This document shows, piece after piece, positions 44,226 through 57,571 of a stretch of 64,000 bases of DNA. Origin of the DNA: the human T2T-CHM13v2.0 reference genome, Homo sapiens. The notes beneath the pieces are model-generated. The model ran no database searches and had not been told where the DNA came from. It saw only the letters and a program-made list of their open reading frames with translations. The translations under genes were made by a program, and so were the position numbers. The stretch lies in assembly GCF_009914755.1 (NCBI RefSeq), contig NC_060929.1; one strand, given 5' to 3'. How positions within the stretch are numbered: the stretch's first letter is position 1; every line of letters starts with the position of its first letter.

Positions 44226-44925
44226 TGTATTAGTCAGGGTCCTGGCAAGAGAGAGGAGCCACATAGCAATTTGAACAGGGACAGTTTAATATAAAGAGTT
44301 ATTAATTATAAAAGGAATACGACTAACAAGATATTGATTAGAAGTAAAAACAACTCTAAAGAAAGAATAGCATATTTATATTATATTATATCATGTATAC
44401 TAGTCACTGCCCTTATGGCTGGCTGAGATAAAGAAATCAAAGAAGAGTCCCCAGGGCTGAGATCTCGATCTTATTGATGGCAGAAAAGGAAAAGTCACTA
44501 GTGGAACTTGCTAGGAATCCACACCCTCTAGGATGCCAGGGAAGGCTGTTCACAGGACGATGTCTCACTGGAAGCACTCCAGTCCAAAATTTCCTGAGGT
44601 GGGTGCATGAAGACATTGTGGGGACCATGTACCGGAGCATCTGTGAGTGCTTCAGAAGTTTAGTGCTGAAGAAGCCACCCATGCCCCAGTTGTCAACTGC
44701 TGGAGAAAATGCCCATGCTAAGGGAACATGAGAAGCAAGAACACCTGAACCGAGACGCAAAACCCCTTTCCTCCTGCAGCGTCTCTCTAGTGCTGTCCCT
44801 AGACAAAGCTTAACATCATGTCTACTGGCAAAGGGGAAATATTTAAAGGCCCCAGATCCATATTCAAGAAGCAAGGCACAAAGGTTGAATTTGAAGTTGA
44901 CAGGTAATAAATCCATAACTGGCAA
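44226..44925 (-). mobile_element. Old ERVL LTR (LTR41-like)
   Basis: tgtattagtcagggtcc start; gacaaagcttaacatc...ggcaaaggggaaatatttaaaggccc...aataaatccataactggca end. Confidence 0.6.
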
Positions 44926-45012
44926 GTGTTCATTTAGAATCATTACAATCCTTTCCACTGAAAACTTGAACACATTTAGGGTTTCTGTATAGTGAGATGA
45001 TGGTTATACTGT

Positions 45013-46316
45013 TGAGAGGTGACACCGTGCTAGCAGCCCTCACTCTCGGCGCCTCCTCGGCCTCGGCGTCCACTTTGGCCATGCTTGAGGAGCCCTTCAG
45101 CCCGCCACTGCATTGTCGGAGTCCCCCTCTGGGGCTGGATGAGGCCGGAGCCAGCTCCCTCTGGTTGCCGGGAGGTGTGGAGGGAGAGGCACGGGCGGGA
45201 AGTGGGCGCTCGCGGGCCAGCGCGAGTTCCGGGTGGGCGTGGGCTCCGCAGGCCCCGCACCCGGGCTCCGCAGGTCCCGCACCCGGGACCCCGCAGTGAG
45301 GGGCTTAGCACCCGGGCCAGCAGCTGCGGAGGGTGCCCCGGGGCCAGCAGCTGCGGAGGGTGCCCCGGGTCCCCCAGCACTGCAGGCCCGCTCACGCCGC
45401 GCTCGAATTCTTGCCGGGCCTCACCCACCTCCCCACGGGGCAGGTCTCGGGACTTGCAGCCTGCCATGCCCGAACCCTCCCACCGGTGGGCTCCTCCCCG
45501 GCCAGAGCCTAGCCCTGCTCCAGGGCGGCTCCTGGTCGGTCCCATAGACAGCCCAATGGCTGAAGAGAGCACGCGTGGAGTGGGACTGGCGGGCAGCTCC
45601 GAGGGCCACGTGGGCACGGGATCCACTAGGTGAAGCCAGTTGGGCTCCTGAGTTGGGTGGGGACTTGGAGAACTTTTATATCTTGCTGGAGGATTGTATA
45701 TGCACCAGTCAGCACTCTGTGTCTAGCTCAGGGTTTGTGGATGCACCAATTAGCTCTCTGTATCTAGCTAATCTGGTGAGGACTTGGAGAAAGTTTATGT
45801 CTAGTTAGAGGTTTGTAAATGGCAGCAATGGGCACTCTGTGTCTAGCTCAGGGATTGTAAACGCACCAATCAAAACTCTGTCAAAACGGACCAATCAGCT
45901 CTGTAAAATGGACCAATCAGCTCTCTGTTAAATGGACCAATCAGCAGGATGTGGGTGGGGCCAGATAAGGGAATAAAAGCAGGCTGCCCGAGCCAGGAGC
46001 GCAACCTGCTGGGTCCTGTTCCAGCCCGGGAGTTCTTGTTGTTTTGCTCTTCGCGATAAATGTTGCTGCTGTTCACTCTTTAGGTCCGCGCTGCGTTTAT
46101 GAGCTGTAACACGCACCACCGAGAAGGTCTGCAGCTTCACTGCAGAAGCCAGTGAGACCACAAACCTACCGAAAGTAAGAAACTCTGGACACATGTGAAC
46201 ATCTGAGGGAACAAACTCCGGACACACCATCTTTCAGAACTGTAACACTCACCGCGAGCGTCGGCGGCTTGGTTCTTGAAGTCAGCGAGACCAAGAACCC
46301 ACCAATTCCGAACACT
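45013..46316 (+). mobile_element. Full-length LTR12 (ERV9, LTR12D-like) solo LTR
   Basis: tgagaggtgac...gctagcagccctc start; CpG-rich U3; tandem ccaatc/gtgtctagct repeats; gaacccaccaattccg end; perfect 4-bp TSD ctgt at 45009-45012 and 46317-46320. Confidence 0.95.
45746..45990 (+). promoter_or_regulatory. LTR12 core promoter: five CCAAT boxes, GATA site and TATA-like AATAAA
   Basis: CCAAT at 45746, 45866, 45891, 45913 and 45937; AGATAA 45963; AATAAA 45972; known LTR12 architecture. Confidence 0.7.
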
Positions 46317-46656
46317 CTGTGAGTCATTTTTTTGGTTCTTTTTTTATCTTCAGGAGGTAACTACTCAGAGGAACAGTTCAAATGGTGACAGTGTAGGCAA
46401 AACACATCACCTAACTTACCAAAGCCTAAATTTACCCTCTTGTGTCATTTACATCATATTCTGACAATGATGTTACACCTAAACCACAAACAGTAAACAA
46501 AAAAGTATTAATGCTTCTTTTTTAGGTTCTTACATATTGCAGAGTTAAATACATTTAGTTAAATGATCTGGGCTCAAGTCAGTTTATTTCCCCTTTTTCA
46601 TAAAACTGCTATTAGGCCACTGATTTTTTTTTTTTCCTGTTAGCCTAGTAGGATGG

Positions 46657-47024
46657 CACATTAGTTTGCCAGGACTGCCATAACAAAGTACTGCAGACTG
46701 GGTGGCTTAAACAACAAAAATATATTTTCTCAAAATCCTAGAAGCTAGGATTTCCAGACTAAGGTGTTGGCCGATGTTTATCTCCCTCGTTTGTCCATGG
46801 TTGTCGTCTCCTTGTGTCTTCACATTGTCTTTTCTCTGTGTGTGTCTGTGTCCAAATTTCCTCTTCTTATAAGGACATTGATCATGTAGGATTGGGACCC
46901 ATCCTAAAGACTTCATTTTAACTTGATTACCACTTTTAAAGCACTGTTTCCACATATGGTTACGTTCTTAAGACTTCAACATACCACGTTTTTTAGTGGG
47001 GTGGGATACGTTTCAGTCCATAAT
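46657..47024 (-). mobile_element. MLT1A/B-like LTR
   Basis: ttagtttgccaggactgccataacaaagtac...tttcctcttcttataaggacattg...tcagtccataa. Confidence 0.85.
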
Positions 47025-47039
47025 GGGAGGTTAATGGTG

Positions 47040-47200
47040 GAGGTAGTTAATTGCCAGAATGCCTAGCTTCAAATTCCAGATCAGCTAGTTTGACATGGCT
47101 GTGTAACCCTGGGCTATTTACTTACCCACTTTGAAACTCAGTTTTCTCGTCTGCTTTGTAAGGTTGTTGTGAGAATTAAATAAGCTAATACAGGCAAAGC
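47040..47200 (+). mobile_element. MIR relic
   Basis: ggctgtgtaaccctgggc...ctcagttttctc...ggttgttgtgagaattaaat. Confidence 0.7.
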
Positions 47201-48673
47201 CCAGAGCTAATAAGCTGAATAAGCGAATACAGCCAAAGATCCAGAATGGTTTCTGGAAGGTACTAAGAGCAATAGATGTTAGCTATTAATAATTACATTA
47301 CCATCATCATTTTTTATGTATTTACTTATAAACACATAATTGGTACTTCCCAGATGACATGATACATTTGCTTGTAATATGCCAGAGAAGGTACATAAAC
47401 CAAAAATTACCAAATAAAATTTGTGCTCTTCGTAGGACCTTTGTATTGGCCCGTGCTTACACCTGAATCTCTGCATTGCCAGCTTCTTTGGCGCCTACCC
47501 AATGTTGGTTAACACTCAGAGAGCCTTACTTGGCCACTCTACATAAAGTAAACCCTCACTTTGGCTCTTTCTACCCTATTGCTCTGTATTCTTTTTTTTC
47601 AGCCTTAAGTGCATTCTAAAACTCTCATTCATTTTGTAACTTGTTCTCTGTCTCCTCTACCATAATTTAAACTCTTTTTGTCGTTATATCTCAAGTTCCT
47701 AGCGTACCAAACCTGGTACACAGAAGTCATTTAAATGAATGAAATACAAAAAACTGTGCAACATGCTATGTTGAAGTTTAAGTACACGGTGCGTAAAAAT
47801 ATATAGCCACGTGCATAAAAACATTAGTAGATCTCAAAAAGGAGAAAGAGATATATTGAATACATTTTGGAATGATTATATTTTTTATAATTGAGTAATA
47901 CAAAATTAACTTTATCATTGAAAACCTTTTTGTTCCCTTTCAAAACATTAGTGCTCATGTTACTACAACAATAAGCTGATACCTTAAAATACTAACCTTT
48001 AAATCTATGAATGGAGAGCTAGAACTCATTCAACAATCATTGTAATCCACTGAAAATGGCATTAAAATGTGAGCACTTAATGAGCTCTCTTCTTTCTTGC
48101 ACAACCCACTTCAATGCATCTGATGTGATCCCGGGGTAACCACAGACTTCAAAAGAGGTTAGGGTCAGCTTTGCAAGACCCAGAGAAAGGAGAGGAAAAG
48201 TCCCAGTAAACACAAAGGCCATCAAGTCTGAATACACATTTCTTTGACTGAGTCCACAAAGCTTGAGTATTGTGACAATAATTAGTTTTGGCTTACGATT
48301 GTTTTATCAGGCCTGTCCAAGTCAGGCAGACTATTTAAATGGCCATATTTTATTTTGCTAGCACCAAACAGTTGTCATTAAGTTAAATATATTGTATATA
48401 TGCACCTTTTATTCCCCATGGAAGTTTGAATGCAATTCTCGTTCAGAATTCTAGTTAAATTACCAGATGATTTGGACTAGAAAACATTGAGTTTATGTAA
48501 CCTTGTCTGCTTTGAGCATCTTGTCTATTGTAGTTTTATTATTACTATTAGAATCACACTGAAGGAAATTTAAACCTGTCCAAATTTGATACTACATCTT
48601 TGTAGTGCTTTTCAAATGGAAACTGAAATCAAAGTCTGTTAATATAGTCAATAATAACTCTGATTTTTTTCCT

Positions 48674-48883
48674 TTCTTTTTTTTTTTTTTTTTTTTTTTT
48701 GAGACGGAGTTTTGCTCTTGTTGCCCAGGCTGGAGGCAATGGCGCGATCTCGGCTCACTGCAACCTCCGCCTTCCAGGTTCAAGCAATTCTCCTGCCTGG
48801 TCTCGAACTCCTGACCTCAGGTGATCTGCCCGCTTCGGCCTCCGAAAGTGCAGGGATTACAGGCATGAGCCACCGCGCCCGGC
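48674..48883 (-). mobile_element. AluS with internal deletion of about 95 bp
   Basis: ctcctgcct joined directly to ggtctcgaactcc at 48798/48799; TSD aactctgatt. Confidence 0.9.
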
Positions 48884-49778
48884 AGGAACTCTGATTCTTA
48901 AAAATAAACTTTAAATTGAAGAAAGAGAATAAGAATTCTCTGTAGTCAGTATGTCAGTCTTGGTACAACAAAGTTAACAGTCTATCATGGGTCCATCATG
49001 GGTCAGTATGGGATCCATAAGGGATCAGTGGGCAAGCAACAAACAGGATTATTTTATACCTGACCAATACCTGAATAAAGCTTTCACCGTTTCACAAGCA
49101 TTGAAATAACACTGAAAGCACCCAGTGTGGATTAAGATAAAAGTTGAGTTCAGTACATTTAGTTCATATCCTTTTATGGATTTAATTCTTTTCAACGCTT
49201 CTGTTTTGCTATTTTAAAAAATGTTTGTAAAGAATAACTTTACAGGCATATTAAGGGAACATTACTTGAATGGGTTTTACTCAGATGATTATTGCAGTCA
49301 TGATTCTAGTTTCCAGAAAGATAAGTTCCATTTGTTAGTCCCTGAATAATCAGCTTGGCAAAAAGTAGAGTCTTTGCTGCTGGTGACTCAAAAGACAGTA
49401 GAGATTCTTAATGTGTGTAGAGGGTAGCAAAGCTAAAATTAGACCATTTACTTTGCCTGTCTTATAGAATAATGTCTAAAAGGGAGGTGTCATATATAAG
49501 TATTTATGCTATTATGCAATACATGTGCTTCTAAAAAACCTTATGTTCTGAAAAATTGTGCACTGAAAATAATAGGGTGCACTGAAAATAATAGGGCCCA
49601 CTGACAAAATAAATCAGATCAGATCATTCAAACTTATGCAACTTTGTAACAAGAATACCAAGAACACAGTAATAATCATAATAAAAACACCAGTGCAGTT
49701 AAAAAGACATTCTAAATTCTTGAAAAATAAATACCTTAGTAAATATAAGATTTTCTCCTTTTATAGAAAAGGTGAAGG

Positions 49779-50200
<422 letters not shown>

Positions 50201-50250
50201 CTAAATTGAGCCAAGAGGAAGAACATGCAGTGAATTAGCATCATGTAGAG

Positions 50251-50737
50251 TAGGTGTCCCCAGCCCCCAGGCCATGGAATAGTACTGGTCCATAGCCTGT
50301 TAGGAACTGGCTACAGAGCAGCAGGTGAGCGGCGGGTGAGTTAGCATTACCACCTAGCTATGCCTCCTGTCAGGTCGGTGGTGGTATTAGATTCTCATAG
50401 AAGCGTGAACCCTATTGTGAACTGTGCATGCAAGGGATCTGGGTTGTGGTTGTGTACTCCTTAAGAGAATCTAATGCCTGATGATCTGTCACTGTCTCCC
50501 ATCACCCCCAGATGGGACCATCTAGTTGCAGGAAAACAAGCTCAGGGTTCCCACTGATTCTACACTATGGTGAGTTATATAATTATTTCATTGTATATTA
50601 TAATGTAATAATAATAGAAATAAAATGCATAATATGTAATGTGCTTGAATCATCCTGAAACCATCCCCATTTCCACCCTTGCCTCTGGTCCGTGGAAAAA
50701 TGGTCTTCCCCAGTGCCAAAAAGGCTGGAGACCGCTG
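50251..50737 (+). mobile_element. MER1A (hAT-Charlie), near full length
   Basis: gcctgttaggaac...ttagattctcatag...gtgccaaaaaggctggagaccgctg; perfect 8-bp hAT TSD atgtagag at 50243-50250 and 50738-50745. Confidence 0.92.
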
Positions 50738-50959
50738 ATGTAGAGAACTATTCTTTAGTGGTTTGTTGCACTCAACTCCTGTTCCTTAGTGACACAAAAC
50801 ATTGTGTCTAATGTGCTTGGAAAAATCACGTAAGAACTAACAGGACTTCCATGATGTTATATTAGCATCACTTTCTTTTTTATAATTGCATATGACCTTA
50901 TTCCCATCAGAGAAATATGTGTGTGTGTGGTACCAAAACAGACAGTATTTCACTTCTAA

Positions 50960-52240
50960 CTATATGTGTGTGTTTTTGTATGTGTGTGTGTATATGTATG
51001 TTATATATATGTTTTATGTATTTATATATTATATATTTTATATATAAAATCTTATATTTTTTATATATAAAATCTTATATTTTATATATTTTAAAATATA
51101 TTATATATATATTTATATAATTATGTAATATATTATATATATTATATATATTTATATATGTAATATATTATATATATTTATATATATGTAATATATTATA
51201 TATATTTATATATGTAATATATTATATATATTTATATATATGTAATATATTATATATATTATATATATTTATATATATGTAATATATTATATATATTATA
51301 TATATTTATATATATGTAATATATTATATATATTATATATATTTATATATATGTAATATATTATATATATTATATATATTTATATATATGTAATATATTA
51401 TATATATTATATATATTTATATATATGTAATATATTATATATATTATATATATTTATATATATGTAATATATTATATATATTATATATATTTATATATAT
51501 GTAATATATTATATATATTATATATATTTATATATATGTAATATATTATATATTATATATATTTATATATATGTAATATATATATTATATATATTTATAT
51601 ATATGTAATATATATATTATATATATTTATATATATGTAATATATATATTATATATATTATATATATGTAATATATATTATATATATTTATATATATGTA
51701 ATATATTATATATATTATATATATTATATATATGTAATATATATAATATATATTTATATATATGTAATATATATATTATATATATTTATGTATATATTTA
51801 TATTCCTAAATCAAATAACACTTGTCCTTAATTTAACATTTGCAAAACCCCTTTTTTTCAAATAATGCCACATTCACAGGTTCCAGGACACATAACTTTA
51901 AATAAATAAAATTAAATAGTTTAAATAATTATATATATATTATATATTATATATAATTATATTTTTATATATTTATGTATGTATTATATATAATTATATA
52001 TTATATTATATATAATTATATTTTATATATTTATATAATTATATTTTATATATATTTACATATATAAATTTTATATATATTTATATATATTATATATATA
52101 AAATTTTATATATTTCTATAGATAATATATTTTTATATATTTATATATAAATATATAATTTTTATATATTTATATATAAAATATATATTTTTTATATATA
52201 GGCAATACAAATCAAATGATTTTATATATGTGAAATCAAT
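50960..52240. repeat. AT-rich tandem array with a 37-bp minisatellite core (about 51125-51780)
   Basis: Unit gtaatatattatatatattatatatatttatatatat; G recurs at 51242, 51279, 51316 and onward; shorter variants at both ends. Confidence 0.95.
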
Positions 52241-52546
52241 TCAATTTTATATAAAACCACTTATTGATTTAAATTATTGCTTTTTAAGTAAATTTTACTA
52301 AATTTATCTAAGAAATCCATATTCCTTTTATTAGATACTAAGATCATTGTAACCCCAGCTTCCTATTTTTTCCTTGCTACAATTTTCTTCTCATCTTCTC
52401 TAGTTTGTCCCAAGCTGAAGTTTTCAGGTAAATTTTCACTTCTCCCTATCCCTTTTTATTATTATTTTGTCTTTTTGTCTTATTCTTCTATGTTAATCAT
52501 CCTTGTTCTTAATGTATCTCTGTTTTGATAGTAAGATGTCTCAAAC

Positions 52547-52843
<297 letters not shown>

Positions 52844-52997
52844 AGATGTCTCAAATATATTAAATAGTGCAAAAATAAACAATACATATTTTTAGAAGTT
52901 GATACTTGCAGATATCCCTCATGCAACATATTACCAATCCACATTTTCACGTAGTTTTTTTCCTCTTCTGTGCACACAAAGATAATACTCTCAGTTG

Positions 52998-53658
52998 TGT
53001 GTATTTGTTTTCCAGGGCCACTGTAACAAATTAGCACCAACTGGGCAACTTAAAACAACAGAAATTTATCCTCACAGTTATGGAGGCTAGAAGAATAAAA
53101 TTAAATAGTTGATAGAGTTCATTCCTTCTGGCGGCCTTGAAGGAGAATCCATCCCATGCCTCTCACCATGCTCCTCGTTTCTGGTGGCTGGGGCCATCTC
53201 TGGCATCCCTTGGCCCACCGGCACATCATACCAACCTCCGCCCTAGTCTTCACCTCAACATTTCCTTTGAGTGTGTGTCTTCTCTTCTCTTCTTTTTGAA
53301 GGGCACACATCATTTGATTTAGGATCCTGGATTATGGTGATTCCTAAATCAAATAACATTTGTCCTTAATTTAACATTTGCAAAACCCCTTTTTTTCAAA
53401 TAATGCCACATTCACAGGTTCCAGGACACATAACTTTACATTCGTTTAAATGTATTTTTTATTGTGGTAAGAATACTTCACTCTTAACAGAGTTTTAAGT
53501 GCACAATATATTGTTAACTATGGGCATAATGTGCAACAGATCTCTAGAATTCATTCATTTTGTACAACTGAAACTTTATGCCCACTGAAAAGCTGCTTCC
53601 CATTTCCCCATCCCCTCCAGGGACATAACTTTTGGAGGGCACCTTTCAACCCACTACA
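52998..53658 (-). mobile_element. MLT1C/D-like LTR interrupted near its end by an L1 fragment
   Basis: ccactgtaacaaattagcaccaactgggc...aaacaacagaaatttat...cacattcacaggttccagg...ttcaacccactaca. Confidence 0.8.
53438..53622 (-). mobile_element. Short L1M (L1MA9/MB-like) 3' fragment
   Basis: ttattgtggtaagaatac...cagatctctagaattcattcat...aactgaaactttat; TSD acataacttt at 53428-53437 and 53623-53632. Confidence 0.8.
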
Positions 53659-56600
53659 GTACAGTTTAATCAATTTGTGTTGTTTGTCGTGGAATAATGA
53701 TGATGGATTTTATTTGATTGTTGATACTCTTAAAATGAATGGCTTGGTTAGGACTGTGGTCATTGGCTGGGCAAATTTTGCTCTTTTTGGCATTAACTTA
53801 CTTTCATGGAATCTATACCTTGGTTGTATTAATTGACTATCCCATGAGATGAGTACTTTGAGTAGATAGGCAAGTTCTCTAGGAAAAATATTACTCATAC
53901 AGCCTAAGAATGTTAATTTTGGCTCTCCCTCACTGGCAAGGTAACAAGTCAACATCTTTACAGTAACCAGAGTGTGGGACCATTTATAAAGTACACAGAT
54001 TCTCATAGTGGGAAGGTGAAATTACTTGTAGAGAAAAATACAAAAACATAATTTTTTCCACACACTCATTTGCATTTATAGCAAGGGAAGATTTTCCCCC
54101 ATCCCTTACCCCCACCACACCACATCAACACACATACACAGACACACATACTTTGACTAAATATCCAAAGTGATTTTTAGCAACTTACAATGTATAGATT
54201 TAGTAAACAACAATTACAAACAATGAATTTATTTCCTTCATTTCTTTTTAGTACATTCCAGACTTTGTTTTTAATCTTTAATTATTGCTCCCTTAAGAAA
54301 AGTGATCCCACATTTCATTTACATATTGTGCCATTTCTCAGTAAATATAAGGGAATCTTGCCGTACAAGTCTATTGCTTTTCTTTTCATTGGTCTTTCTT
54401 AAACCAAGCAACATGAATTCTAATTATTTTATCCACTAAGAAATGAGAAATTTAAATCAATGCCTTTAAACATAGGACTACATGAGGCTTTTAGATCATT
54501 AGACGAAACTAAATGCAATACTTAAATAACTGAGTTTACAGATACTGCCAGAATTTTACTGCTACCATTTCTATTCGCTTTTGCTGTTTTTAAAAATAAT
54601 AATACCAGGGTGTTTGGTGAAGTATAGATGACCCTTAGTGTACCTGAGTCAGTGTCAAATATCCAGTTTTCTCTGGAGCTTCTTGTGTGGTCACCTATAA
54701 TTGCTATTCAAAGACCCACAGGACAAGCTTCCATGTCCAAAATGTACTCATTCTACAATTTGACCCTTCAAGGTGCTATAAAAACATAAATATATTTCTT
54801 TAGAGAAACTCTCTGCTGCAGCATGGTCCTTTGAAACCGTCCAATTTGCTCTGTGATTCCTGCTGAGATATGCATTACATCATGGTCTATTTTTAGCTTG
54901 TTACATTAATCAAAACCTATCCCACTTATTAAACAGCTTCCTGCAGCTCAGGCATTTGAAATGCAGAGTGCCAGCAAGCAGCTGCCAAACACCATGAAGG
55001 AAAGAGGTGGGCTAGGTTGGAGTAATGTACAAATTGAATTTCAAGTGACTGAGCAGCCTCTTTATCTCTTGGTGACACAACCAGGGGCTGTAGCGGTGTT
55101 CTTAAAGGAAATGAAACCCAGAGCCATGGTTCACTCATGGGGTGGTTACCATGGCCCTGCCCAGCAGTCTTTCCGGAACTGCTGATGAGTGTGACCTTTG
55201 CAAAAATGCACAAAGCCTTGATTTCTGCATGGTTAACCTTTACAAGCCAGAACCCCTCTGTGAAACCTACCCACACCAGAGGGAAGCTTCAGAATCAAAA
55301 CAGACACATACACATTTTATGAAAGAGCAACTACAAATACACACATGCACACACATATTCTCAGAGGATGAAGACATTGAACGCATTTTCAATTATTCTC
55401 TCAACTGTGTTTTTTCAAGCATTTACATTTGTCTTCCTCTGGAGCAAGAAAGTGCCAGTACTCGGTGCAGTGTCAACCCTGTACTTAAACTCATTTGCTG
55501 CACTTCAGAATGGCCTTGATCGGAATTGGTAGTGGGAATGGAAATTACATATTTTCAGGATTTGCTAAGAGTCACCTAGACCATTTGCTCACAGTTAAAT
55601 AATGACCCAGTGTGCATGGTGAGAAGGAGTGGATATTAAATTAATAGCCTCGATTTCCACCACTGATCAAACCAGGAAAACCATTTTGATTTGATAGTGT
55701 ATCTCAAACGTGTTCTTTATTCCAAATGTATTGAATGTTCACTGTAAGGGTAGGAAGCTCAGAGCATTATGAAGGTGACTATAGCAATATTCTTTACCTG
55801 TTATAATGACAAATTAAACTTTTTTCCCATGGCTTCTTCCTGTTTTTAATAGCATTTTGTTTTCAAGCAAATCTAATTTTTCTCATTATTAATATATTGA
55901 TTCACATAGCATTCATTATTTAAAAAGCTATTTACACAAGCTAACCTAGTCCTTTTTTAATATCTAGTTCTAGTAATATAGTAGTATATCTTTTATATAC
56001 TACTCTCATATGATTTGCCTAGCAAGGCTGTGATGTAATTAGAACAGGTTGTTATTATTATTGATGAAAATACTAAAGTCCTAAGAGATTAAAGAGCATG
56101 TCAAAGGTCAACACAGCAAATCACTAGTAACCCTGGAAGGCTAACCTCTCTTTTCTGTAATTTCTCTGAATAATGAGGGATATGGCAATAGGGATATGGG
56201 GAAACCAGTGATTTCAAAAGACACTTTGATTCACCTTTATAGAGTCTCAATCTACAACTTTCTGTTTACCATACTCGCTTAAAAATCCTTGTCAAAGTGC
56301 AGGAAACCCCTGATCTGCAAATACCCAGCTTAGAAATGATCCAGCCATCCAGACATCAGCCTCCTTGCTGTCTTTTTACTGTCAACTGATCAACTGTGGG
56401 GAAATGATGTGGGCGGGAGGTGGCGGACAAACTTCAAGAGACACAGTTTAGAAGCCAGTGGAGAAAAAAGTGGGAGAGAGGGTTCACCACAGAAGAATAA
56501 AGAAAGAGCAGATAATCTCTAAATACATTCACTTTTTGATTCATTTAGTCATCCACGTGGGGTTAGGCTGTAAAGTTGCCACAAGACAGTGAAATTCACA

Positions 56601-57226
56601 AACCCCTTTTTAGTTCTGGTGCTTGAGGCACTGTGCTAAGTGCTGGGAATACAGATCCAAGATCTGTCTACAAATAATTCTAAGCGAAGACGGGGTGTGA
56701 AGAATTGTATGGGAAAAGTACAAGGCAAATTAGAACACCACGTTTGGAAGGTTTATTTCTGGCTGAGGCAACCAGGGAAGGTTTTGTGTCCAGTGATGGG
56801 TCCATGATGGATGAGCTGGGCTCTGTCAAACTTCTAGTATTCAGAAGTCAGGCTAATGTATTATGACCCACTTGATTGCAATTTTAGGCCCAGAAGGTTT
56901 TTGTGGGGCATTCTAGGATTCTAGTCGCTTTTATAAAATGTGGTAAATACACAAAGCAATGGACATAGTGAATAACAAATTTATACTAGTTTGTCTGTAG
57001 CCTTTTGGTATACCAGGTTTATGCTGTCACTAATTTTTACAACTATTCAACAAAATAGATGTTATAATATCATTTTATAGATGAGGAAACTGAAGCTCAG
57101 GAAGACTAAGTCACTAACCTTCACTCGTAAGTGGGAAACTAATGGAGTCATCTTCAAGCAAGCAAAGCGCCAAACAAATGATTCTCAGACAAATCATAAT
57201 GTGCATAGATCACCCCACCATGCTCG

Positions 57227-57571
<345 letters not shown>

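Noticed and set aside
44785-44805. CTCF site expected in LTR41-type elements
   Set aside because: The corresponding position reads agtgctgtccctag, too degraded relative to the motif.
44437-44973. 178-aa minus-strand ORF
   Set aside because: Lies within an old LTR relic; no recognisable domain.
45030-45633. Longest ORFs (198 aa minus, 182 aa plus)
   Set aside because: They lie entirely in the GC-rich U3 of LTR12; stop-poor composition and no protein family resemblance.
51125-51780. 37-bp periodic array as a CRISPR array
   Set aside because: Head-to-tail AT-only units with no unique spacers, no cas genes, and a primate context.
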